Assembly: GCF_006345805.1 (NCBI RefSeq)
Contig: NW_021835364.1
Location: 1-41,170, forward strand
Length of the DNA: 41,170 bases
Direction of reading: 5' to 3'
From: Octopus sinensis
Lineage: Eukaryota
Part shown: in pieces, positions 23,769-34,818 of the stretch
Numbering within the stretch: position 1 is the first letter of the stretch
How the letters are laid out: the number at the start of each line of letters is the position of its first letter
The notes under the pieces: model-generated
The model's input: only the letters and a program-made list of their open reading frames with translations
Databases searched by the model: none
What the model was told of the DNA's origin: nothing
Program-made: the position numbers and the translations under genes

Positions 23769-24490
23769 ATATATTTATACATTTATTCATACTTACAAAT
23801 CTATCTATCTATCTATCTACCTATCTATCTATCTACACACGCACACATCATGCGCATATGCACAGACACACACACACACATACACGCACACATACATACA
23901 CACATGTGTACTAATGATGAAAATGGTAAAATAAATATATATTAGAACAAAATAACAAAATCACAGAAGCTGCAATTAATGAGCAAAAGAAGGAAAAAAG
24001 AAAATACAAACTTTCAAAATACATCCCCCCATATGTGTGTGTGTGTGTGTGTGTATAAAATAGTCACGCTATAAAAAATACGGAAAGACAGCAGGGTATA
24101 AAATGTTGGTCATAAGATGTGTTGTGATGGCAGTAAGTTATGGATTACGATAATGAATAAAGACGGCGAAATGGCAAAATAAAAGACGTCGTCAGGAGAA
24201 TGTCGACGGTGAAAGGAGAAACTGTAAGAACAACAGGTTACAGACTGTTTCTCTGTTCAATACTATTGTGTGTTGGTGTACTTTAGTATTCATATCTGTT
24301 CTATGACACACAAACTATCACAGTCTCGTTCGTGCGTATGTACACAGCCATAAACACTTATGTAGAGAATGAGAGAGAGAGACAGAGGTGAGAGAGGGAG
24401 AGAGAGAGAGAGAGAGGGGGGATGAGATGTATGCTGGAAAAGGAAAAAGAAAAATTATGAGTTAGTGTGCTAGATGTACACAAGGAATTC

Positions 24491-24583
<93 letters not shown>

Positions 24584-25755
24584 GTAGACGACGGTGAACA
24601 GGTGTGGTCGCCGTTTGTGAGGCACGCTTTCCCGCAGCTCGTCTCCATGACCGAACTGCAGTCGTGGATCAAAAAGAGGCCGAGGAAGGGCGAATGGCAC
24701 CGCGAGTGTCGCGTTGCTCTCAAGCAACTCTGCCGTCCTGGGTCGACCTTGAGTGACTTCAACAAAACCAAAGCATTCTATAGGGGTTTAGTGGAGGGGA
24801 GGTACGACGACGAGCTCGGGGCGAACCTGGACATCGACGAGGAGTACCTGACCCGCCTGTTCAGGACGACTTTCGGGCCAGGGCCCATGGACAACTTCCA
24901 GAGATCCCTGGCCTGGCAGTGCTACCGAGAAGCGCTACCCGTTCGGGATAAGCTCTACAGACACGGCTCGAGAAACACGGGGCCGACCTCCCGAGATGCG
25001 GTCAGAGCGACGAAACCGTTCTGCACGCACTCGTGCAGTGTCCAACAATTCCGACCTGTGGGCTTATGTCGAACAACTGCTGTCACGTGTGGGACGAGTC
25101 GGTTTATCAGCTGAGTCTATCGTCAATATTGTCACGCCTCCTTCCTTCAAACGGGAAGGAAGAGCTATTTTCATCATCCTTGTGGCTATGGCGAAAGAAT
25201 GTATCTGGTGGACGCGTCTGAAAGGATTGGAGACAAACACTTTCCTCTCTGGTCAATCTCTCATCAACTTCTTCAAGTACCACTTGAAAAGGAAAGTGAG
25301 AGTAGAGAGGCAAGTTTTGTCTAGCGAATGTTTTAAAAAAGATGGGTGAATGTAGCAAGAATGCACGTATGAATGACGAAGCCACCTTGAGCATGATCCT
25401 ATGAACCCAGAAATTGAAAACAGAGAGTTGCTTATTCGCAAAAAAATAAAAAAAAGAAATATAACATGTGACTCCATTGACCTAGGTTACCGTGGTCTTT
25501 TCCGTAGGCTTTTCTTTCCACGGGTAAACCTCACCTGTCCTCCCCTTTACACTTCATATTGACATTTCTGTGATAACGATCCCTATTGATCAATTTTTTT
25601 TTTCCTCTCCCCCTTTTTTTTTAACCTCCCTTTTTTGTCCTCTTTCTCTCCTTTTACGATCCCTTCTGATCGAAACTCCCCCTTCCTTTTTTTTTTTTTT
25701 CTACCTTGTAATTTGTTCTATCTGTGTGCAGCCCTGTGTGGCTAATAAAGAAACA
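24584..25755 (+). mobile_element. 5'-truncated Tx1-clade (L1 group) LINE inside (TATC)n
   Basis: ORF2 C-terminus with zf-RVT/CCHC (LAWQCYREALPVRDKL...[C]PRCGQSDETVLHALVQC), stop at 25402-25404, pyrimidine-rich 3' UTR ending AATAAAGAAACA; (TATC)n on both sides. Confidence 0.9.
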
Positions 25756-25837
<82 letters not shown>

Positions 25838-25849
25838 CCTACCTATCTA

Positions 25850-25880
<31 letters not shown>

Positions 25881-26352
25881 GCCTCTTTCTATCTATCCAT
25901 CTACCTATATATATTACAAATGCATTTCTCTGAGCATGTATATACATCCATACGTACATACAAACACACACACATACATACATACATACATACATACATA
26001 CATACATACATACATACATACATACATACATAGGCACGCACACGCACACACACATCCATACAAACATACATATATGTATTATATACAAAATTAAGAGGAA
26101 TGACCATTAAGGTGGACTCCTAATATGCTAAAGATAGACATACGTACATACAATGATACCATAATACATACATACATATATATCTATAAGAATATATGCA
26201 TGTCCATTTATATCCATATGTGTGATCGTGTGTGTGTGTGCGTGTGTGTGTGATCGATCATTTGCTTATCACATGTTTTAAAACCTCAAACCAACTTGCT
26301 TGTGGTAAGAATTAAGGTATTTGGGAGGAGGGAGAGACCAAGAATAACTTAC

Positions 26353-26469
26353 TCCCTGTAGAGTAGCAATCTCTGAGATCGCTTTTTGTAGACTCTACGC
26401 CATTTGGATTCCGTCTTAGATATTTCGGCAGAGATCTCAAACACATATTGAAAATCTGACCTCAGTATT
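26353..26469 (-). CDS. Exon (117 nt, phase 2-2): ILRSDFQYVFEISAEISKTESKWRRVYKKRSQRLLLYR
   Basis: TTACTTCCTTTTCACTAG acceptor, GA|GTAAGT donor and a fully open frame. Confidence 0.75.
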
Positions 26470-26555
26470 CTAGTGAAAAGGAAGTAATATTGCAATTGTG
26501 GCACAATAATTGCATTGGATTAAGTGCTTCCTGCTATGAGAAACCCAACTCTTAT

Positions 26556-26602
26556 TTCTCTTCCCTCCATGTTTCATTTTCGCCGGTCCCTGCGGAAATG
26601 AT
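26556..26602 (-). CDS. Exon (47 nt, phase 0-2): IISAGTGENETWREE, with defective donor (ATAAGA in place of GTAAGA)
   Basis: TCTTTCCCCAG acceptor; joins 26469 in frame across an 86-nt intron only if 26555 is read as the donor. Confidence 0.5.
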
Positions 26603-26680
26603 CTGGGGAAAGACATTCTTTATATAGACAATGTATGTAAAAGAACAAACTACAGGGCTATTAATAACGCCATCGTAATG

Positions 26681-26720
26681 TTAGAGACGTGTTTCTGCTC
26701 CGTTATGCTTCATCAGCTAG
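26681..26720 (-). ncRNA. Degenerate minimal hammerhead core (Penelope-like remnant)
   Basis: Minus strand CTGATGA-AGCATAACGGAGCA-GAAA-CACGTC; stems weak. Confidence 0.3.
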
Positions 26721-26932
26721 ACAGCGAAACGTTATTTCGTAGCCTACTAAGAACCACCGTACCTATATTTCAACTACAGATGAAACACTTTTAGATGTAT
26801 GCAAAGCTTTGTCAAACTAACTTGAGGTACATCAAGCAGCATTGATTAAAATGATACATATAATACATACATACATACATACATACATACATACATACAT
26901 ACATACATACATACATACATACATACATACAT

Positions 26933-27566
26933 GATGGCTGCCCCCTCGTTATCGAGTAGGGCCATTGTTGCTGGTGCTGTGATCGAATGTGACTTTTATT
27001 TGATTTTTAAGGCTACAGCCATCTATTCAGTTGAGACTCACAGCACTACCAACAATCATGAACAATGTTGCTATCGTGCAATGTCTGTGCAAGAAGATCT
27101 TTTTTTTAAGTGAGGAAAGGCTGTACACTGAGTCAATCCCACTCACTAAGCAACAGCAGCCATAATCCGAAAAGAAGAACAAGTCAACCTCATGGGTAAC
27201 CACTGAGCCGCAGGTTTTATGTCGGAGTAATCCCAGTTATCTAAGTTACCTTCTCCTAGAAGGATGCCCTAACAAAGGCTAGGAGTCCTTCACTCCCAAT
27301 GGTTTAACCGCGTGATCGGGTATTCAGTTCGATTATTTCTATGTCCCCGCGCATGATACAGCCTTAAGACATTTATTGGATGGCCGTTAACTCTCAAGAG
27401 TTCCTCCACCCTTTGACGGGTTTTGTTTTTCATCCCGCAGGGTGTCCAATAAGCACCCTCCTCACCAAACAAGCTTGGTGGGGTTGCCGGTTTAGTCGCC
27501 GACGACCCGTCCATGCAACAGGTTGTTCTGGGTTACATGTTACCAGTAGCACTCGAAAGTGATCTG
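26933..27566 (-). mobile_element. Internally deleted RTE-like derivative (5' UTR plus short 3' end) inside (CATA)n
   Basis: RTE-type 5' UTR motif GGGCATCCTTCTAGGAGAAGGTAACT...AAACCTGCGGCT; no RT ORF; (CATA)n at ~26864-26932 and 27567-27653. Confidence 0.6.
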
Positions 27567-27625
27567 ACATACATACATACATACATACATACATACATAC
27601 ATACATACATACATACATACATACA

Positions 27626-27656
<31 letters not shown>

Positions 27657-27806
27657 GTAGTAGAGTGAATACGATAACAGGATGTCCTAAAGAAAGCGTA
27701 CAGACAGATAAAGTGACAGAGAAGATAGACTGATTAATATGAAGATAGACATGTAAGTAGACTAATAATTATGTAGCGTTTTGCAATAAGTACACATCGT
27801 TTTTAA

Positions 27807-28019
27807 CCCGTTAGCATTCAGACTGTTCTGTCAAATGTAGTGCTTATTTATTCCTTATCCTTTTGAATTAATCATCCTTTATCTTGTAGCTTCAAGATGT
27901 CGATGATATAATTACTTATTCATAAAATGACGTTATAGGGTAGGTGTGAGCGGCAAGATCCACAACAGTTTGAAGATAAAGTGGTATGACTGGCTGTGGC
28001 CGGATTAAAGGCAAAAGGG
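27807..28019. mobile_element. piggyBac-type MITE
   Basis: TTAA|CCC...GGG|TTAA with imperfect ~15-bp TIRs. Confidence 0.8.
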
Positions 28020-29292
28020 TTAATAATTTTTGATATTTTGTTCGGATCTCTATGTTGTCAGATTAAGATTCTGGAAGAAATTTCCAAACTTTCAATGTTT
28101 GTAATTTATGAACGCTCCATTCCACAAAGCAAATTCTTTAATTATCCACAAAGCATCCTTATTGATGCTGAGTAAATAAAATATACAATATATATTCTAT
28201 ATGCTGAAGTGCAAATATAAACAGATTATAGATAATTCAAGAATTATTTCAAGTAAACATTATTCATTCTTATTTCAACATTCGTAGGATAAAGATCGAA
28301 TAATATCATTAACTGAACGTCTGAAGTGACGGTGAAACTAAACGTTGTAGTGCACTCAATGAACGAAGTTACAAAGCTAAATTTCTTTGTCGTATCTCGT
28401 AACTTGAATCTCTACTGTTTAAAATTTATTTACCGTATACCCACCCACGTATATTCAGATACACGCCCGCACATATAAATCCCAGTCTATGTGTGCTTGT
28501 GTATATGTAAATGAGTGTGTATATGTATCTATCTATCTTTGTGTGTGTATATGTGTGTGAGAGAAAGAGAGGGGCGGGAAGAGAGAATGTATATGCGTGT
28601 TTGTGCTTCGTCAAAAAATCGAGTCCTTTGAGTGTGTTGTGTAGGGAGGAGTCTTAAACTCGGGTTTAGACCACGACACAGTTTTCAATTCTCTATTGAA
28701 AACACTGAGATGATTTCTCTTTAATAGAACGCTGATACATTTGATTGATAAAAGCAATGGTGGTGTTCTCCACACTAAAATATGTGCTTTATCTATTTGT
28801 GTCTAAGTCAAATAGAAACTAATATTGAAGAATTCTAGATAGACATTTGAACAAACTTCTCTACAAAAAAAAAAAAAACAAAAGACAAACAAACAAAATC
28901 TCTGCTTTCTCTCATATTTGTTTACTTCCTAACCATAATATGAAATTCTTCTCTAATCAAAGATCTCAGTAGATTTAACAGCAAAATAGAAATAACAATA
29001 ATAAAAAAACTAAAAAAGGTTTTTTGTCAATTTTATTTTTTATTTTCAATTCAAAAGAGTGCACAAGTAATTTGAAACTCTAAATTCAAATTGGGGACAT
29101 TTACTTGTTATGTTTACAAAAATATTGGCAACTAAGATTGAATTTAAACTCGTTTTAATCCTTTATTCTCTCCATCCTCACACACAATCGACCATTTTGG
29201 TTTGCTATTTTTTTCCCCTTCGTTCACCTTCCTCTTCGTTTTTCTTCATCTTTTTTTCTACATGTACAAAAAAGAATCGATGAAAAATTCAC

Positions 29293-29340
<48 letters not shown>

Positions 29341-29782
29341 CAATTTATAAAGACGCATGCAAATACACATATACGTATGAACACCCACTCACCTACATAC
29401 ATTTACAAAAACACTGCAGAGGAAAAAAAAAGAATTGAGAAAACAAAAGAAGGGGAAGACAAGAGTTGAGATATATTAGAAAGAGAAAGAGAAAGAGAAG
29501 GAGAGAGAGTGAATGAGAGAGAGAGAGAGAGTGAGAGAGAGAGAGAGAGAGAGAAAGAGAAAGCTCGCTGAATCACAAGGTTTATAAGAGAGGAAGTAAA
29601 TATAATACGAAAGCAAAACTGCTGACTAATCATGCGAACCATTGTAAACAATGTTGCATGCAGACACACATACGTACGTGCATGTGTGTGTGTATGCATG
29701 TATATATGTATGTATGTATTTATGTATGCGTATATGTACACACACATACACACACACATATATATATATGTATGTATGTATG

Positions 29783-29833
<51 letters not shown>

Positions 29834-30231
29834 ATGTGTGTGTGTGTATATATATATCCATAAATATTTGGGTAAACACGTAGACACACGTACGTATATA
29901 TATGTGCGTATGTGTGTGTGTGCGTGCGTGTGTGCATGAGTATTTTGCATTTTACTGAATACATATATACATATATATGTACACACACATAACACACACA
30001 CATATGTATATATATATATATACATATATACAAACACACACACTCACACAGATATACATACAAGCATACATACAGACACACACATATACATACATACGTG
30101 TGAGTATATATGTGCATTTAATGCATCTGTTCAGTGTGTGATTCCGAATGAGAATGACTCTCACTGTCTTACACACCAAACACAAATACTCACCCCACCG
30201 CTCACGCGTATATTCAGGATTTCAAATAATT

Positions 30232-30349
30232 CTTTTCTACTCTAGGCAAAGAAATGAAAGGCAAAGTCGTTCCTCGGCGGAATTTGAACTCAGAACGTAA
30301 AGACAGACGAAATACTGCGAAGCATTTCGCCTGGCGTGCAAACGTTTCT
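30232..30349 (-). mobile_element. Deleted tail-type B SINE
   Basis: ttctactctaggc tail joined directly to core and head. Confidence 0.75.
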
Positions 30350-30574
30350 AATTTTTTTTTACTGTCCTCAAGGGGCTACACATAGAGGGGACAAACAAGG
30401 ACAGACAAACGGATTAGGTCGATTATATCGACCCTAGGGCATAACTGGTACATACTTAATTGACCCCGAAAGGATGAAAGGCAAAGTCGACCTCGGCGGA
30501 ATTTGAACTCAGAACATAGTGGTAAACGAAACACCGCAGGGCATTTCGCTCGGCTTTCTGCCAGCTCCCCGCTT
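30350..30574 (-). mobile_element. Tail-type A SINE abutting or nested in the type B head
   Basis: Homology to 74-305. Confidence 0.88.
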
Positions 30575-31057
30575 TTGATTTCATACAATTCGCTGGGCTT
30601 GTATGTATTAGTTTTATGTATGTAAAATGTAGATATTCATATATGGAATCAAGTATGTTTGTGGGTTGAAGAAATTTTCTATGGAGCCATGCAGTTTTGG
30701 TTCCACTTTAGCTGAACGGCACCAATGGCAACCGACTTCTACCATATCCTCAGCTAGGCCCAATTTCCTGATGATAAAATGTGGTTTGCAAAAATCATAG
30801 GGTCGTCCATAGAATGTATACATGAAAATGTAGACGACTGAAGTTTTTGCGGCATTTGAGCATAAAAAAATATATTTTGGTATTTGGCTTCGTTTCATTT
30901 ATCTTCTTTCAGGTTTATATCAATTTTCTTTCTCGTTTGTATGATGAAAGCTTGTAATATGGCTGTTAAATATTGTCAAATCTCCCTGTCGTATTGCTAT
31001 CATGACCGTTCAGTCTACGACAGATTCATGGTGCTTCCCCTCTCTTTCTCTTTTCTC

Positions 31058-31446
31058 TTTTACTTGTTTCAGTCATTTTGACTGCGGCCATGCTGGAGCA
31101 CCGCCTTTAATCGACCCCGGGACTTATTCTTTTGTAAGCCCAGTACTTATTCTATCGGTCTCTTTTGCCGAACCGTTAGGTAACGGGGACATAAACACAC
31201 CAGCATCAGTTGTCAAGCGATGGTGGGGGGACAAACACAGACACACAAACACACACACGCATATATATATATATACATATATACGACGGGCTTCTTTCAG
31301 TTTCCGTCTACCAAATCCACTCACAAGGCTTTGGTCGGCCCGAGGCTATAGTAGAAGACACTTGCCCAAGGTGCCACGCAGTGGGACTGAACCCGGAACC
31401 AGGTGGTTGGTAAACAAACTACTTACCACACAGCCACTCCTGCGCC
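31058..31446 (-). mobile_element. CORE-like tRNA-derived SINE, full length
   Basis: Homologous to 4270-4739. Confidence 0.9.
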
Positions 31447-31902
31447 TATGGTAACTTTTTTCATTTCTTTTCTGTACTTACCACACGCCACTCCCAGCTT
31501 TTAAATTTGCTCCCGGGAAACGTTTTGAATGTGCAAATAAAGCCCCTATTCCATAATGTCGGTCAGAGTGGTGAACCAGATTTTTGGGGTTGCATCGGGA
31601 TAAAAAAAAGGGATAAATAACCCTGAGTTAAATATCCATTCATGCTATATCGCCTGATGAAATGAATCCCTGAAGATGATCTACCTGATGCCCACAGCTA
31701 CTAAGGACTACAGTGTAATCATCCCAGGAATACGGACTGTGATCTTCAAAAACATGTGATTTGTGGAAACACGCGTAGCGAAGCGTGAAAATATTTGTAA
31801 ATTCCATCCAAAGATTATTGCTATTATTACTATACTTGAATATATATATATATATACTGTATATATACATATATATACATACATATATATATATATATAT
31901 AT

Positions 31903-31939
<37 letters not shown>

Positions 31940-32376
31940 GGTGCACATATTTACGGTACGTAAGGTACATATGTATAATATATACAGGTATGTGTGTATG
32001 TGTTTCCTTGTTTGCCCAAGTCTGTCAATCTACATCGATGCTAATTTAATCAATTACCATGATTGGGATCGTGGAAGAGAATGGGTGGGGAGTATGAGCT
32101 AGGAAGAGAGAGACACAGAGAAAAGTGGGCGAGAGGCAGAGATATAGAGACGAAGAAACATAAAGAGAAAGAGTGACAGAGAAAGGGAGAAAAAGAACGA
32201 CAGACAGAGACGGAATTAAAGAAAGAGAAAATGTGAAAGAGGGAGAAAGATGGAGGAACAGAGGAAGGACGAGAGGAAGAGAGCGCGGAAATGATTCTAT
32301 TGTGCAAAGAACTTCCGCCATATTAAGATGGAATGATTTTGTTCTATAATCATCGTTATCATTATCACTACGACGG

Positions 32377-32530
32377 TTATCCTCCTACTCCTCCTCGTAT
32401 TCTCTCCTCCTCCTCCTCCTCCTCTTCCTCCTCCCCCTCCCCCTCCTCCCCCTCCCCCCCTCCTCCTCCTCCTCTTCCTCCCCGTCCCCCCTCCTCCTCT
32501 TCATCATCACCGTCATCATTAATAAGCTTC
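32377..32530. repeat. (CCT)n/poly-C/(CAT)n low-complexity tract
   Basis: Direct inspection. Confidence 0.9.
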
Positions 32531-32713
32531 GTTTTCAGTATTAACAAGCTATCTTTCAGTATCATCATCAACATCGTCATCAATATGCCCTTTGCGGCAT
32601 ATAAACATACTTATTAAGCCTTACACTAAAAATACAATAAATTTCTTTAAATTCAGCGGATAACCAAAGCAGTCTTGGATGAATGGGTTTATCTTTTGAT
32701 ATCTTGTGTTACT

Positions 32714-33002
32714 GAAGGGGGAAAGCAAAGTTGACTACGGTGGGAACTGAACTCTGAATGTAAATTATATACCAGGTACTCCGTCGGTTATGACGACTAC
32801 GTTTCCCATGGATCCGATCAGTGAAACAGCCTGCACGCGAAATTAACGTGCAAGTGACTGAGCACTCCAGAGAAACGCGCACCTTTAACGTATTTCTCAC
32901 GGAGATTCAGCATCACAGAGCGTAACAAGGCTGGCTCTTTGAATTGCAGGTACAAATCATTTTTGGTAAATGAGTGGACTGGAGCAACATGGAATAAAGT
33001 GT
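32714..33002. repeat. 289-bp dispersed duplication of 34438-34726
   Basis: 6 substitutions in 289 bp by manual alignment. Confidence 0.95.
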
Positions 33003-33097
33003 CATTTTTTTTTTCGGAAAGACCAAGTAGATTTTTTAAAAAAGATTTCAAGGAGACCACCTTTACGAAATGTCGCAGTACAGAATGTGGTACTCTT

Positions 33098-33167
33098 GAG
33101 CGCGGGGCCCCTATCGGCGCGGGGCCCGATTGGGAGCAATCGGTCGAATCGGTTTAAGCCCGGCCCT
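33098..33167. mobile_element. Single end of a GC-rich MITE (AGGGCCGG...GGGCCCCGCG type)
   Basis: gcgcggggccc twice, ending aagcccggccct; no partner end found. Confidence 0.55.
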
Positions 33168-33220
33168 TACCACCACCAACACCATCAAAACCACCTCCAG
33201 AACCGTCGTCGTCATCCCTC

Positions 33221-33323
33221 GTCTTCTTCTTCTTCTTCTTCTTCTTCTTCTTCTTCTTCTTCTTCTTCTTCTTCTTCTTCTTCTTCTTCTTCTTCTTCTT
33301 CTTCTTCTTCTTCTTTATCTTCT

Positions 33324-33357
<34 letters not shown>

Positions 33358-33405
33358 TATCTTCTTCTTCTTCTTCTTCTTCTTCTGCTGCTGCTGCTGC
33401 TGCTA
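33221..33405. repeat. (TCT)n then (GCT)n microsatellite
   Basis: Direct inspection. Confidence 0.97.
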
Positions 33406-33528
33406 CTGTTGTTATCCCCTCAGTTGCCTCAATACATGCTTACCGAGGGGCCACTGTTCCAGACTTTAACAGAATACTTATCACTTAATACTTAATAATA
33501 ATTAACATGATGGTCTTGATGATGATGA

Positions 33529-33688
33529 TTCTACTATAGGCACAGGGCATGACATTTTGGGAGAGAGGATTAGTCGATCACACTAATTTCAGTGCACAAG
33601 TGGTACTTATTTTATGGACCCTGAAAGGACGACAGGCAAAGTTGACCTTAGCAGAATTTGAACTCAGATCGTGAAACCGAACGAACCA
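33529..33688 (-). mobile_element. Old tail-type B SINE fragment
   Basis: ttctactataggcacagggc...gaatttgaactcaga. Confidence 0.75.
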
Positions 33689-33817
33689 TATTTGTTGTTC
33701 TCAACAGCATCTATACTGTATTTGCAAATAATAGAAGCTTTTGCTTTCGCTTTGTTACTCACTTTGTTAAATAGTGAGTGAATATTCCAAACTCGGATAG
33801 AAACGGTACAAATCCTG

Positions 33818-34265
33818 TAAATATGATAATTTTGCAAAGGTCAACCATTGGGAAATGTGTAAGAAATATGAACTTCTATCAGGCCACACACGAGTGGTTT
33901 GAACATGCACCTGAAAAAGTGTAGTTAAACATCTTTGAGATTTTCCTATCCAAATGGATCATGTCGTAGAGCTTAACAGAACAGATATCATGGCGTTTGA
34001 AAAAAAGGGAGCACACTTAATCTATGTGGCCTGTCCATTTGATACAAGAATAAAAGAAAAAGAAAGCAATAAGGTAAGATATATACCAGAACTCGAAGTG
34101 AGAGATAAATAGATTGTAGGGTTGCTGAAAAAGTGATCTCTTACCAATTATGATCGGAGCCTTGAGAAAGACGAGGGTTTTGGCAGTTGTAGAAATAATG
34201 CTCACTTAACTGCAGAAAATAAAAGATCCAAAACAATTACTGTTAGGCATGTTGTCCGACGTACT
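33818..34265 (+). mobile_element. Old R4/Dong-clade 3' ORF remnant
   Basis: Frameshifted HWEMCKKY...EWFEHAPEKV...IQMDHVVE..R.DI...ACPFDTRIKEKE...LPIMIGAL...LQK. Confidence 0.7.
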
Positions 34266-34498
34266 AACACTTACATTCTTGACTGGAATTGTATTTTATT
34301 CCCGTCCATAAGGATGAAAGGCAAAGACGACCTCAGTGGGATTTGAACTCAAAACGTAAAGAACCAAGGGAAAATACAAGAATTTACAATTCCTCCAATC
34401 CATCTTATTGGAATGGTGCTTTATTTTATATATCTCAGAAGGGGGAAAGCAAAGTTGGCTACGGTGGGAACTGAACTCTGAATGTAAATTATATATCA

Positions 34499-34818
34499 GG
34501 TACTCCGTCGGTTACGACGACTAGGTTTCCCATGGATCCGATCAGTGAAACAGCCTGCACGTGAAATTAACGTGCAAGTGACTGAGCACTCCAGAGAAAC
34601 GCGCACCCTTAACGTATTTCTCACGGAGATTCAGCATCACAGAGCGTAACAAGGCTGGCTCTTTGAATTGCAGGTACAAATCATTTTTGGTAAATGAGTG
34701 GACTGGAGCAACATGGAATAAAGTGTATTGCCCAAGGACACAAACCCCTGCCAAGTATCGAACTCATAATCTTACGACCGTGAAGCGAATGCTCTAACTA
34801 GTAAGCTATGCGCCTTCA
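34499..34818 (-). mobile_element. Third tRNA-derived SINE family, full length
   Basis: Minus head GAAGGCGCATAGC...GAGTTCGATAC, body GTGTCCTTGGGCAA...CCAGTCCACTCA, tail GTCGTAACCGACGGAGT. Confidence 0.8.

Noticed and set aside
24149-24221. Extra minus-strand exon (phase 2-0, FSFHRRHSPDDVFYF...)
   Set aside because: Good acceptor but mediocre donor, and including it breaks phase with the 18795 exon; cannot be supported without RNA data.
28620-28865. Minus-strand exon after a poly-T acceptor
   Set aside because: Stops in all frames from the strong acceptor; the later 63-codon frame lacks a convincing donor.
30614-30898. 94-aa minus-strand ORF (YGRPYDFCKPHF...)
   Set aside because: Protein-like, but splice signals are weak and I recognise no homology; left uncalled.
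31470-31492. Strong minus-strand GTAAGT donor
   Set aside because: It is part of a SINE head fragment (GGAGTGGCGTGTGGTAAGTA).
32333-32617. Pro/Ser-rich or Gly/Glu-rich protein
   Set aside because: Low-complexity (CCT)n and poly-C tract without splice or start support.
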